Notes: a model not told the origin generated them from the letters alone. Counted from the stretch's first letter, positions 1-12,847 are shown. The stretch: 64,000 nt of DNA from Blastocladiella emersonii ATCC 22665 (GCA_025594325.1 JANHCV010000004.1:2170001-2234000); one strand, 5' to 3'. A program made the numbers and translations.

Positions 1-472
1 CGTCAACGTGATCGCGCCGCGTAAGCGGCCGTACCACACGCTCGTCCCCGCTATGCTCACGACCAATGGCGAGGGCGGCGGGCACAACCTGCTCGCGGCG
101 TTCGGCGTCATGGGCGGGTTCATGCAGCCGCAGGGCCACGTCCAGGTCCTCATGCAGTACCTCGCGGCGCGCAAGGCCGGCGGACGTGTCGACCCGCAGG
201 ACGCGCTCGACGTGCCGCGGTTCTGCCTGCAGCCGGAGCAGCGGACCGCGGGGATGCCTGCCCCTGTTGACGTTGAGGACGGGCTGTTTACCGAGTCGGA
301 CCTGGCCAATCTCCGCGCCCGTGGTCACAACCTGCGCGTAGTGACCGGTATGAGCCGCTCCGTGTTCGGTCGCGGTCAATGGGTCGGGCCTGTTCGCGAT
401 GCTGGCGGTGCGCAGCAGGGCTGGATCGGCGCGAGTGACGGACGCGCTGATGGCTGTGCGTTTGGGTGGTGA
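1..472 (+). CDS. GGT: Gamma-glutamyltranspeptidase family protein, C-terminal part (5' end lies outside the window)
   Basis: The frame is open from the window edge. It carries the GGT small-subunit motifs PRKRPYHTLVP, FGVMGGFMQPQGHVQV, DALDVPRF, FGRGQ and GASDGRADGCAFGW. Stop is TGA at 470-472. Confidence 0.9.
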   Translation, partial: VNVIAPRKRPYHTLVPAMLTTNGEGGGHNLLAAFGVMGGFMQPQGHVQVLMQYLAARKAGGRVDPQDALDVPRFCLQPEQRTAGMPAPVDVEDGLFTESDLANLRARGHNLRVVTGMSRSVFGRGQWVGPVRDAGGAQQGWIGASDGRADGCAFGW

Positions 473-574
473 GATCGCTGTCCGGGCAAAATATACGTAT
501 CATCGATTCCTTTATCACAGCATTCTCTTTTCGGCGCTGCAAGGACGGTGGAGTGCAAGGCGAGCCCGCGTCGT

Positions 575-3500
575 TCAGCTGCACGTGGGCCGGCGGGGCA
601 TGGAACGCACCCACTGCGAGCGCCGCCGCTTCGTCTCTCGCCGACTCCCATGGAACAAGTCTGATTCGAATCGCTTACATGCATAACTTGGCGCAAACTG
701 GTTGCAGGCGCATGTTGATGACGGTGCCCAAGACCATGGCAAAATGCAACGCTTTGGCACCACCCTCGTGAAGCGCGAGAAGCAACCTTGAACGTCACGC
801 CCATGGCGCTCGCGTCAATCGCGACGGCGCTCAGAACCCAATCTGTTTCAACTTGATGAGGCGTTTGTGTTCCCGCGTGGTCATTTAAAGGAGCTGGAAG
901 CTTGGTTTGCTCGGCGCGCAAGTCCGGCCCCGCGCGCGAGTTTGCGACGTCAAGTGCGACCGAGCAGGCTACTTTTATAGCAGTGTGCGATGCACAGTTG
1001 CTTGCACTAGTCATGCTACTAGGCAACTCTAAGGAGGTGTCGGCGTCATTGCCTGCCACTACAGTCACAGACCGGTACGTTCCAACCGCTCACATTCAGT
1101 GCGCCACCGTTTCCACCCCGTCCTGGACTTTCCGAGACGCTCCTGTCCATGCCAAACTGTCCGCAGACGGAAAGCACGTTTACAAACAGTGGCTAACGTT
1201 CAGACACACGAAACTTACAGGCAACACCACGGCTCAAGATCCAACACGTCGCCCATACTTGTGATACTTCTTGTGCATTCATTTCCACCCGGCTGTATCG
1301 CGGAGCTCCAGTTGATATCTCGCACACGAACACAGCTCAGGGCTTCTTCAACATCACCTTCGAGTACGGGCGAAGCCAAGCTCTCCACTACGGTAACCCA
1401 GTTCATGGGCTCGGACGAGACGGGGAAGCTTCACTTGCAGCCTCAGCGCGCTCCGATCAACCAATTCGCATGCTGCTTCAAGAGCTACACGAGCGCGGCA
1501 AGATCGACGAGACCGATTCACTTCCCAGTGTAACTTTTCCCGCTCGCGCACGACGCTGGTTACCGCAGCGCTCGCCCAGGCGCCATGAAAAGCGCGTGTC
1601 ACTTGCGCGGGCGCTGCGCAACGAATGCGCCGCTGTCGATGCGGGTGTTGGTATGCTGGAACGTGAGATCGTCGATGTCCGAACCTGTAAATAGAAGGGT
1701 GATGTTACGTACCTTGCGTGAGTGACAAGTCGAAGATCGTTGAAGGAAGAGAAGGGTCGCGATGGTCACCCGCACGTGGGCCAGGTGATGATGAAGTCAC
1801 GGTGGCCAGGCCCACGTCGGCTTGTCCTCTCACCGATCCCATGAATCTGCATTAATACGGCATGCCTGCATTTACGACTTGGCGCAACGACTTCACAGGC
1901 GTTTGTTGCAAACGGTGCTCTGCGCTAGAGGCGGCCGAGACCCGACGTGCGACGCGGCGCTCAACTCGGGAGATCAAGTGTTGTCTTGCCACTGCTGCAA
2001 TGATTGGCGTGACTCGGCATCAAACGAGAACTCGAAGTGGCACGGACATCTCGGGTGAAGCGTCTGACTTCGGTGTCGTACCTTCGCGAACTCGCCATTC
2101 AAGGTGCTTGTGGACGCATTCCGAACTCGGTCGGCGTTCCCATTTTGGGCGCCGATGCCCTCGCAGTCAATCAACAGACGAGGATGCGGTCATCCTGATT
2201 CAAGCCGGTTGCGCAGTCTCATGCATTACTCGGCCCCTCCAAAGCAGAAAAGATCAAACATGAGCTGCTAACCTTGGCCACGCTCAAACTCGTCCAGCCA
2301 CACGGCGCTTTCTCTCCGAGCAAAATCTCGTCGAGAGTAACTTCTCGAACGCTTGAGTGCCTCAACGACTATCGGAACCCCAGGGCGAGTGGATCAATAT
2401 TGACGCGCCCATGACACTACGGGTCACCCTGCCCGCGTGTGACACCAGTACCAGCAGCTTCCGGGCAGGCGCCATGAAAATAACGTGCTGCCTGCGCGGG
2501 CGCTGCTGTCTCTGCACTCGCGTCGTTTGGCGTGAACGGGTGCTGACGCGCCGCGACTAATCCGTTGTCGAAGTTGAGAACTTGGCCCGCGTCGCGTGGA
2601 TGTTATATAGCTCGATTTTCGCATGCAGTCTCTCCCCGGAACGTTGCTCGGAAGCGGGGAAGCATCGCGATGGTCACCTGCACGTGGACCAGGTGAGGTT
2701 GAAACGAGAGGCGAAAGCGCCGGCGGGTCGGCTGCGACTTGCCCTCTCCCCGACTCCATGCATCTGACTTAGCACTAAGCTCTTGCATTTATTACTTAAC
2801 GCAACGGTTTCCCCGGGCCCTCCTCGCCTACGGTCCCAAAGCTCGAGGCGCTCGAAACTTTCTTGACCACCGTCGTGCGGCTCGAGCCGGCTTCCGGTCC
2901 GTGGCCGAGTTGTTTGCGTTTGCGGTGCTTGGGACAATCAAGTTCAACTGTGCTTTTATTGCATTCGGCCCCGTCCGGGCGCTCAAAGCGGCCGAGGACA
3001 GCTCCGCGTCAAGCTCTTTTGCGCGCTGATATCATCGAACGATGACATAGAGTCAATCACGCTTGCGCCGACGTTCGTGTGCCTCTCATCCTGGACGCCA
3101 TGCCTAAAAACCAGTTTATTTCACGACTGACTCCATCCACGGACGTTACATCGGCGAGCGCACTCGAGTCGCTTCGACCATCCGCATGCGCTCACCGCTG
3201 AGCGCTGGCGCCGCTTCACTACAAGCATGCTTCCCAATTTCGTGCGTCTGCGGTCTCCGGAATGCCTCACCGAGAGCCGAACCTGCAACCTCTCAACCAG
3301 GCTTCCAAAGTCAACGGCGTCATGGTGGCGGCCGTCGAGACACGCGACTTGACGCACCAGCTCGCGGGCAATATCCCGATCCTGATCCAATAAGCCGGCA
3401 AGGTTATCATTGATTGCTCACCACTGCTCACTACGATATCGGACCCACTTCGGCGCGCGCATGGACGTGGACCGAATTAAGGCGCACGTTGCCATCTCTC

Positions 3501-3600
3501 GCACGCATGCGGCGCTGGTTACCGTAGTGCCTGCGCAGGCGCCATGAAAAGCGCGTGTCGCTTGCGCGGGCGCTGCGCTCGTTTTATCGCTTCGCGTGTG
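575..3600. repeat. Three diverged tandem copies of a ~0.9-1.2 kb unit (decayed gene-family members or mobile-element relics)
   Basis: Block A (CACGTGG...CCATG...CTT(G/A)(G/A)CGCAA...ACGGT) begins at 582, 1773 and 2681. Block B (CAGGCGCCATGAAAA...TGCGCGGGCGCTGC) begins at 1577, 2466 and 3536. The blocks alternate A-B-A-B-A-B. The region is visibly more AT-rich than flanking genes and has no long ORF. Confidence 0.75.
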
Positions 3601-3877
3601 GGTGCTGGTCCGGTGCGGCTGAGCTGTCCATGTCAAGGGCACAAAGTACTCGGTGTGGATGTGGTAATACACCCTCGCAGTAGTTACGAGCTCCCTTGAA
3701 CTTCAGCGAGACCATCGTGGCGCAGCGCGCGACAGCTTGTCTGCATGGAGCATCGTCGCGATCCCTCCACTCCATCCATACCTCGCCTCAAACGGGTCTG
3801 CCCGCGTTACAGCCCGTCCGCGACCTCGCTCGATCAGCACGCGAAGATCAGAAGCTCTATATGTATTGCCTCGCGTG

Positions 3878-5307
3878 TCATAGCGTCGGCGACTCGAGGA
3901 TAAACAAGTCCTGCTCGTTCGCCTTGGCCCACTTGACAATCGCATTAGCGTTGCGGATCGCCGTAGCGCGCGGTACGGCCGCGTCCCAGATGCAGTACAC
4001 CTCGCACCCGCCCGAGTTCTAGACCACCATCACACACGTCAGCCCCTATCACTCCAATCCCTCCCTTCCACACATCCGTCCGTACCCATCCGAGCGAGCT
4101 CTCCCCGTCCTCGTCGCCCTCGCACCACAGGAGCTTGAGCGGCAGCTCGTGGTCGTGGAGCGCGGCGTGGAGGCGCGAGTACTTTGCGACGACGGACGCG
4201 AGCGGCGGCGCGGCGTCGCCCGACGCGGCCTGGATGAACTGGACCTGCGCCTTGGACTTGTACAGAAAGTGTTTGAGGGACGGCTCGCCGAGGAGCGTCG
4301 CGGCGTGCAGCGGCTCGTCGAGGTTGCGCGCCTCGATGATGAGGCGGTTCTTGAGCATGTACTACGCGCAGCGCGCGCGCGTCAGTCGAGGTAGATGCGG
4401 TGAGGTAAGCGAACGCCGGGCGTACGTCGTGCACGCGTTCCCTCGCGGCCTGGAGCTGGTAAAACGCGTCCTGCTCGTTGGACATGAACACGACGCCGAG
4501 GTCGGGCGCGAGGTACGAGATGTACGCGTAGAGGAACCCCTGGTCGTTGAATTTCGGGAGGCAGACGGGGACCCAGTGCTCGGTCGCGACGGTGCGGAAC
4601 TGCGGGTGGCGGCCGACCAGCGTGAACACGTTGAGCAGGTCCGACGGGTGCAGCGAGTGCGATTTCGGCCGGATCAGCGTCACGAGCTGCCCGCGCAGCA
4701 GGATCATCCCGTACAGCAAGCTCGGCGCGCCCGCGGCGCCGACCCGCAACGCCTCGCCGAACTGGTCGCGCACGCGCCGCGGGACGCGCACGCTCTCGAC
4801 GCACCCGATCAGGTACCGCACGTCGCGCGCGAACGCGTCGCACAGCTGGCCGATGTGCTCGTTCGCGGTCGCGCCGAGGAGCGGGCGCAGGTCGAGGTTC
4901 GGCCGCCGCGCGAACAGGCCCGCGAGCTGCGCCTGCGTCAGCTGCGACAGGAGGAAACTGTGCAGGGCGTGCAGCTGGTTGCGCAGCTGCGACTCGGCGG
5001 CCTCGGGTCTGCGCGACGCCGCGACGAGGATCAGCGGGCGGCGGACCAGGAACACGAGCTGGTGCCCGCCCGACGCCGCGGGCAGGCGGATCCACCGCAG
5101 GCTGTTCTCGTGCGACCGGTCAAAGTGCGCGACCAGCACCTGCAGTAGGGAGAGCAGGCCCGACAGGTCCGTGTCGTCGCCGTGCCGCACAAAGACGGGC
5201 TTGCCCGAGTCGGCGAGGACGAAGAAGTGGGCGGGCGCGGAGCGCCACGCGGCGGTCCCCGCGGGCAGGCTCGGCAGCGGGCTCGTTGGGCGCAGGTGGT
5301 CTTCCAT
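3878..5307 (-). CDS. MON1: Vacuolar fusion protein Mon1 (Mon1-Ccz1 Rab7/Ypt7 GEF subunit), 3 exons, 432 aa
   Basis: Longin-type motifs HFFVLADSGKPVFVRHG, FARRPNLDLRPLLG, EHWVPVCLPKFNDQGFLYAYISYL, LKHFLYKSK and C-terminal EVYCIW...WAKANEQDLFI. Exons are 5307-4426, 4361-4086 and 4018-3878, with GT-AG introns of 64 and 67 nt; the total length is divisible by 3. Confidence 0.93.
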
Positions 5308-5527
5308 GGGTTTTACAGTGCAGCGAGTTGCTTACGGTTACATTCAGCGCCGAGGCGGCTGTTCGGGGTGTCGCGAAGAGGGGAGGAGCGAGGTCGCGCG
5401 GACTCGGACGCGACGCGCCGCTCACCTCCAGGCTCACCTCGCCTCGTCCCGCCGCGGCTGTGCAAAGAGTCTCGGCGTGTATTGCCAGCTAATCCTCAAA
5501 AAAAAAACCCCTACGTCGACCCACGCC

Positions 5528-6939
5528 TCACGCCTTGGCGTGGTGCCGCTTACGCTCGGCGGCGCCGGGGACCAGGCTTGGCGGCTCTTCGGGGAACATG
5601 ACGGCGCCGGTGCCGCGATACGTCTCGGACCAGGGCCGCGCGACGGCGCGCGACACGAGCCACTGGAGCTGGGTGACGTTCGGGTCGCCCGTCATGTCGA
5701 TCCACTTGGCGAGGGCCCGGCGCATGTCGTCGGGGGTGCGGTGGGCGATCGAGAACCCGCGCTGCTCGAGGGCGACCTCGAGTTCCGGGACCGTCAGCTC
5801 CCCCAAACCCTCGCGGCGCAGCAGCGTGTCGTCGCGGCGCAGGTGCGCGAGGTGCGCGGTGAGGCGGCTGGCGAGGACGGGCCGCGGGCCGATGGCCGAC
5901 ATGTCGAAGATGCGGCAGAAGTGCTGGAGCGTGGTGCGGTCGACGCGGTGCAGCGGCGTGTACGGCGAGTACCCGAGGGGCTCGAGCCGGCGGAAGTGCT
6001 CAAAGGCCTTTGCGCGCTTGGCCATGACGCGCGCGCGGTGCGTCTGGACCTGGTCGGGCGTCATGCACGGCGCGGGGACCCACCCCATGTAGATGAGGAC
6101 CGGCAGGCCCTCGTCGAGGATCAGCACACAGAACAGGAACGGCATCAGGATCCGCAGGTCGTCTTCCGTCTGCTGCACCAGCATGTACTCGGCGCGCGTC
6201 CACTCGGCCTCGGGCTTCGATGCCTTGAGCCGCCGCATCGCGTCCACGTTCACTCGCAGGATCTTGAGCCCCGCCCACGTCTGCTTGGCCATGGTCACCA
6301 TGTACCGCCACCACCGCTTCAGGATGAACGGTTTTGGCTCCGCCGCGACGGCAGTCGACGAGGCGGACGCGGTAGCGACGGCGGAACCCTCCGTCGCAGG
6401 TGGCCGCGTCGCCGCTGCACCCGCCGCCTTCTCCTCGACCGGTGCCGGGGCGGGCGGCGGTACTGGCGCCTCCGCCGCCGCGAACGCGAGCACGTGCTCG
6501 CCGCGTCCCGCGATCGTCGCGGACGTAGCCTTGGCGGCCGCCGCGACCGCGAGGAGGTTACTCGACGACGACGACGCGGCCGCCGCGAGTTTGGACAGCG
6601 GCGACGTGCGCAGCGCCTCTTCGGTGCGCGAGTGCAGCAGCCGGTTCGCCTCCTCGACGACGGCGCCCGCGAGCTCGACCGGGGTCACGCCGCCGGCCGC
6701 GGCTGACCGCTGCTGTTGCGCGGCGCGCGGCGAGCTGGAGAGGTGCCTTGCGTGAGGGCTAGACGCGCGAGTGGGGGCGGCGGTGAGATCATAGGGACGC
6801 GGCCGGGAAAGTGGGGCGGAACGCACCGGAAAGCCGAAGTAGCCGACACAGCGGCCCCCGCGGCGAGGAGGTGCCGGCGGTGCGAGCCCAGCGCCGGGCG
6901 AAGGGCTGAGGCGTGGACGAGCGAGCGTACGGCGCTCAT
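5528..6939 (-). CDS. Mitochondrial LETM1/MDM38-family (LETMD1-like) protein, 2 exons, 447 aa
   Basis: The N-terminus is Arg/Ala/Ser-rich like a presequence (MSAVRSLVHASALRP...RHLSSSPRA). A 68-nt intron (6826-6759, GTGCGT...CTAG) restores the frame. LETM1 motifs: TRAEYMLVQQTEDDLRILMPF, then a TM segment, then LRRDDTLLRREGLGELTVPELEVALEQRG. Confidence 0.8.
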
Positions 6940-7378
6940 GGATGGTGTGCGTGTGTGTAGACAGCGTCTAGGTGTGCGTGTAGTCTGCGGCCGGGGGCAG
7001 CCTGATCCGCCGATAAGCGCGCGCGCGGGAGGTCGATCAACGAGTCAAGGGCGTCGCGCCGAGTTGCATGGAGTGTCGCTGCGCCGGAATGTCGGCGAGG
7101 AGGTTCATTCGCAGGTCAAGGAGGAGGGGAAGGCGACGGTCAAGCGAGCGAGCGGCCCCAAAACGTCTCCTAGCGGAAACGTGATCGTGGAGTGATCTGT
7201 CTCCCGAATCTGCGAGACACGACGCGTGTCCAGCGGCAGCGGCGAGGGAAGCGAAACCTGTAGGGATATATATGTACGAGCGAAACTGTAGTAGAGCGAT
7301 CAAATGGGAGGAGGGAGGGTGGAGGAGGAGGAACAATGCAAGGCACGCAAGAGGGGCAAGCGAGGAGGGGACGAGGGA

Positions 7379-9041
7379 TCACCGAACCGCGAGGTTGTTT
7401 GCCGACCCGCCCTCCTCCTTGATTGTCGGTGGTACCGCCATGCCGGCGAGCCCGCCGTGCACGCTCGGGTCGGGCGTGATGCCGTGGGCGGCGGCGGCAC
7501 CCGCGGCGCCCGCGGGGTGGTCCGAGGCCATGCTCGAGGACGCGACCATGGACGCGTCGTCGCGCACAATGGGCTGCAGGTCGATGAAGGACTGCTCGCC
7601 GTGCTCGCGCTCCTTCATCTTCTTGGGCTTGGTGTAGTCGAAGACGGTGAACTTCTCCTCCATGAGCCGCATCTCCTTGGACAGCGCCGGCTGCGGCTGC
7701 CCCGGCTTGGGCTGCGTCCGCTTCTTGTGCTTGAGCGGGTTCTCCTCGAGCAGCAGCTCCTCGAGCTCGTGCGTCGCGTCAAAGTTGGGCCGTTTTGCCT
7801 ACACGACGCGTGCGGGTGCTGGTTGTGAGTGCGAGGGACGGGGCGATGGCGCGCGAACGGGGGAGAGAGAGAGCGTACGTCGGGGATGAAGGGCGCGGTC
7901 GCCTCCTTCTTCATCATGGCGTCGAACGGCAGGTCGCGGAGCCACGGGTGGTTCTTGATGTCCTGCATGCCATTTGGTCCGGCGCCGAGACGCTTGGTGA
8001 TGTCGCGTGTCAAGAACTACACGCGGGGCTCACGTAAGTCGTGGATCCGAGTCGCAGTGTCTACCACGGAACACGTACGCCGAGGATCGCGTCCATGCAC
8101 TCCTTGCTGACGTGGGTCTCGGCGTTCTCGGGGAACACCACGTCCTCGGTGAGGATGGCCTGGGTGAGGGCCTCGTTGGTCTTGCCGCGGAACGGGCGCT
8201 TGCCGAACAGCAGCTCGTACGCCATGACGCCCAAGCTCCACCAGTCGACGCTGGCAAAGTAGCCCTTCTTGGCGAGCACCTCGGGCGCTACACGCGCGTG
8301 ATGGGTTCGGGTGAGTTGACGCGGGTTCGAGTAGAGGTGAGTGAGAACGGACCCATGTACGCCATACTGCCGGCGACGGCCGTCAATGGCTTCTTCTCGT
8401 TGTAGTGCACGGCAATGTTGAAGTCGGTCAGATGCGCGTGGCCCTTTTCGCAGAGCAGGACGTTGTCGGGCTTGAGATCACTAGTTACGCGCGCACGAGG
8501 GTCAGACGCGGGCCATAGACCGAAGAAGCAGTGAGAGACGCGTACCGGTGCACAATCTTGCGCTCGTGGAGGAACGAGAGGCCGAGGGCGACCTCGCCGA
8601 CGTAAAACTTGACCACGTCCTCCTTGAGGCAGCCTTGGCGGTCGAGGTGGAAGCGCAGGTCGCCGCCGAGCATAAGGTCGATGACCATGAACAGGTTCTC
8701 GTCGTCCTGGAACGCGAAGCGCAGGTTACACACGAGCAGGCAGTCGATCTCCTCGAGCAGGCGGCGCTCCTGGATGATGTTCTCGACCGCCTTCATCTTG
8801 ATGCACTTGGCCTTGTTGATGTACTTGAGGGCGTAGATCTTCTGGTCCTTTTTGTGCTGCACGACGCGCACCTTGCCGAAGGCGCCCTTGCCCACGGACC
8901 GCAGCAGCTCGAAGTGGTTGAGGTCGACTACACGGGGCACGGGGCGGATGGTCAGCGGTCGGGTCGCGGGGACGAGCGGAGGGGACACGAACCCTCGCCA
9001 TCAAAGTCGATTTCCTCCTCTTTACAGCAGAGGCCTCCCAT
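7379..9041 (-). CDS. STK32: AGC-group Ser/Thr kinase of the YANK/STK32 family, 6 exons, 441 aa
   Basis: Motifs MGGLCC...IDFDGEVDLNHF, GKGAFGKV, YALKYINK, DLMLGGDLRFHL, HRDLKPDN, TDFNIA, YMAPE, DWWSLG and NFDATHELEELLLEENPL. Exons are 9041-8993, 8927-8546, 8480-8353, 8287-8079, 8016-7879 and 7798-7379; all introns are GT-AG, 62-80 nt. DFN in place of DFG is typical of YANK kinases. Confidence 0.9.
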
Positions 9042-10661
9042 GGTTGCAGCGGTGGAATGGGTTTCAGAGGGGACGGGAGGGAGGTGGGTGGAAGAGCGTC
9101 GACGGCTCGAGAGGAGGGGTATCGGAGACCCGGCGAGCGGGGAGACGGGGGCGGGCGAGCCGAGGGTCGGGCGGGCGAGCGAGCGGCCACGTTGGACGGC
9201 AGCAGCGGCAGCGTCGATGGTCGAGATCCGAGAGGGCACGCGGAAGCGGCAGCGGCGAGCAGCGAGCAGCGAGAGGTCGCGTGGTTCGGCCGAGCAGGTC
9301 AGGCGGGACGGGCGATGTCGCGATGGTTGCGCGCGCAATGGTGGGGCCGGCGAGCCGCAGGCGATGGATGGATTCGCCTGGCGCGAGAGCGAGCAAGGCA
9401 GAGCGAGGGGGCGGATGGCGCCGAGAGAGTGCGTGGGTGTGGGTGTGGGTGTGCAAACGGGACGATCTAGCAAGAGGCGGCGGCGGCGGGCGCGCGATAG
9501 GCGGGTCGGGTCGCCGGCGAGGTCCGTTGTTCGTTGCAGGGGGTGGTCAGGTCAGGCGGTGGTGGGGGGTGCCGTGGCGAGGGCCGTGGAGGGGAGGAGG
9601 GGAGCAGCGCGCGGTGAAGCGTGTTGCAGTCGCGAGCGTGACCCTCGGCACTCGGCGGTCGGGCGCTCGGGCGCACTCGGCCGAATGAAGTGGCGGCGGC
9701 GTGCGGCGGCGGCGCTGCGGCGTTTGCGCGGTCGGGCCTGATTGGCCGAGTCGGTCGCTGGCTGGCCCCAGGAACGCAGGACGGCCCGCGGGCGTGAGCA
9801 GGAGGCGAGCGAGCGAGCGAAATGAACAACCCGCGCTCGCGAATTCGAGCGGGCGAGGCACGCGCGAGATCAGAGGTCAAGCCCGGCGGCGGGTCGAGAC
9901 TCTTTGCTCTCGCAGCAGCACAGCGAGATGGCCGGCCTTGGAAGGTGGCGGGCGCGGCGGTCGGGTCGGATCGCGGAGCGGAGCAGCAGGAGGGCGAGCG
10001 CTCGGGCAGTCGGGCGACGCGGCGTGGGGTGGATCGCGCGTGCGTGGATGGGCTGCAGCGAGTCGCCGGGGCAGCAGAGTGAGTAGCAGAGGGGGGGTAT
10101 GGCGGCGTGAGGGGCTGGATCAGTGGGGGTGGCGAATATGCGATCAGGCGGCCGTGCGTCGTTCCATGGATACCAGCGCGCGCGTGAGGAGACACAGCAG
10201 CAGCAATGTGGCGAGGCGGGGGAGGTGGGGGACGATACAGGCAGGCGGGCGGGGCGGGGTACGAGGCCGCGTGACTCGAGCGCGCATACATATGGGACCA
10301 CGGTGCTCGCGCTGGCTCTGGAAGGCGCCGTGATCGCGGCGGCGGCGGACGGGGAGGCCGGCGAGGCCGGCGAGCGTATTTTCGGGGGACGCGGGTGTTG
10401 TGCGCGTGCACGGGTTGGCACGGCAGCGGACAGGTGCGTGAGGGGGGCGGGGGGAGACGTGGTGCGAGACGCGTCGCGCCGCGCGTGGAGACACGCCGCG
10501 CGCCGCGCGGGCCGGGAACAAGAGCGCGTCGAGGAATCCAGTGACCCGCACGTGGCGCAGCCGGCGCGTGGCCGTGGCGCTCGACGTGCGTGTGGCGACC
10601 CGCCCGCGATCGCCTTTCCCCTCCTTCGCACGCCCGTGAGAGGCCAAACCAACACGCAACC

Positions 10662-12784
10662 ATGGAAGCCAATGCATCTTCGCCCTTTGCGCCCGCGAGC
10701 TTCGGCCTCGGCGCCTCCGCGAGCCCGCCCATGAGCGGCGCCTCGTCCTCGGTCGCCGCCGCCGCCTCGACCGCCTTTGCCGACGTGGTCGAGGAGCAGT
10801 TTGCGTCGCGCATCGCCCCGTGCCTTCCCGGCGCCACCGTCTACGTCGACGACGCCATGGCCGACATCTGGAACCACTCGCTGCCCGGCGGCGGCCTGAC
10901 GCGCTTCCTCCTCGCCGCGGGCGCCGTGCGCGTGTGCCGGATCGCGCCCTCCTCCCTCTCTGCGCCCGCCGAGTCAGCCGATGGCGACGTGCCCGCAACC
11001 GACGACAAAGTGTTCCTGATCTCGCAGCACGCCGGGCGGTACCTCGACGCCATGGCCGCCACGGTGCGCGCATCCGCGACCCGCCGTGTCTCAGTCTTCT
11101 CGTGCACGCCGTTCCGCCTCGTCGACGAGACCTCGGCCGCGCGCTGGCGCTCGATCCCTGCCGCTCCGCGCGAGATCATCTCCAACGAGCTCGCGCAGTC
11201 CATGCTTGCGAGCGGTGCGTGGACGCTCGGCGCGCGGCCCGCCGAGGACGACATTGCCCTCGAGTATCTCCCCATCAGCTGGGCCGCGCTGCTGCCCAAC
11301 GTCTTTGTCGTCCCCGGCTCGCCCGAGCCCACGCTCGCGCCCGCTGCCCACCGCACCGTGCACCTCGGATCGTCGCTCTCGGCGGCGCCCGCACCGAACG
11401 CGCTCGCGCGCCAGCTCGCCGTGTCCCTCTTTGCCCTCACCGAGTCGCGCGACATGAGCCCGCACCTCTGGACGCTCGGACCCGCCGGCGCTAACGTCGC
11501 CCGCCAGCTGCACACGATCCGTTCGCACCTCAACGTCACTGACGAGCCCGGACACGGGCATGTCGCCGTGGTTGTCGTTGATCGGGTACGCTTGTCTCGC
11601 TTTGGGTTTCGTGGACGCGAGTGTCTCACTCACGCCCGATTTAGGACATGGACCTGCTCCCGCTCTTCACCACCGAGGACCACATCCTGTCGCGCATCTA
11701 CCGCCGGTGCGCTCCGCCACTCGTCGCTACCCCGCCGCCACCACCATCCTCCTCAAGCACGAGCATGGGTCTATCGGCGTCGCTCACGCACCTGCTCCCC
11801 GCCGACGCGTCGAGCACCGAGGTCTCGCTCGCCATCAGCACCGACTCGGTCGTCGAGCAGTGGGTCCAGCTCCTCGCCGACCTGCCCAAGGACGGGCTTT
11901 CGCTGCTGCGCAAAAAGGTCATGGACCTCGGCGGCAAGGCGCGCGTGCTCGGCCGCCCGACCGCCGCCCAGTTTACCAAGCTGCTCGCCGCCCTGCACGA
12001 GAACCCGCTCGCGAAAGCCATCATCGCCGACCACTACGACGCCCTGCTCCTCGTCGGCCTCATTGTCGAGGCCATGGCCGACGACCACGCCGCCGATTTG
12101 CAGAAAGTCAAGGGCGTTCAGGACCAGCTGCAGCAGGCTGTGCTCCCCAGCCAGTCGATGTCGCCCGGCGACGCCGTCGCGGCGCTCCTCGCCCCGCTCA
12201 CGGCCGCGGCCGACGGCGAAGCGCATCGGACCAAGGCGTACCTTCCCGGCCTCTCCCTGTACGCGGTCGTGGCAGCGCTCCGGATCGCGCCCGATGTCGC
12301 GCGCGAGGTGATTGACGCCGTCGCGCCCCTGCTCGCGTCGTCGCTCGACGACCACGCCGGCGGCCTGCACGCCGACGCGCTCGCGTCGCGGCTGCACGCG
12401 TGGACCGCGCACCTCCCGCCGCAGGTCTCGGACCTCATGCGAGGATCGTTGTACGGCGTCGTGCATAACCCCGACATGTTCGACCGCCCGCCCAGCGAGC
12501 AGCCGGGGAAGGCGGGGCTGTTTGGGCTCGGGTACGGGCTTCGGTTGTTAGGTGACTGAGCGAAGACTGACGCGACCGTGCAAACGTGTAGCCGTCTGCT
12601 CGCCGCGATCCCGACCATCCCCGTCGAGTGTGACGAGATCCTGGTCGTCGTGACGGGCGCCGTGACCTGGCCCGAGGTCACCGCGTTCCGGGAAGCCGCC
12701 AAGGAGTGCGTCGCCAGTTTCGGGAAGCCCATGACGCTCGTGGCCACGGGCATCGACGGGCCGACGCGGCTCGTTGTCGAGTGA
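10662..12784 (+). CDS. SCFD2: Sec1/Munc18-family protein, SCFD2/MIP3-like, 3 exons, 667 aa
   Basis: Motifs ATVYVDDAMAD near the N-terminus, VAVVVVDR|DMDLLPLF..EDHILSRI, and C-terminal ILVVVTGAVTWPEV (the SM-family VxGGxTxxE motif). Exons are 10662-11585, 11645-12531 and 12592-12784, with introns of 59 and 60 nt. Confidence 0.72.
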
Positions 12785-12847
12785 GTGTGAATATGCAAGT
12801 GTGTGTATCCATAAATCGCAGCCAGTAGTCCCTCGCTCTCGCTCGGC

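Noticed and set aside
1590-1620. RVSLARAL, resembling the ABC-transporter signature region
   Set aside because: There is no preceding LSGGQ or downstream Walker B, and the third copy has an in-frame stop just upstream.
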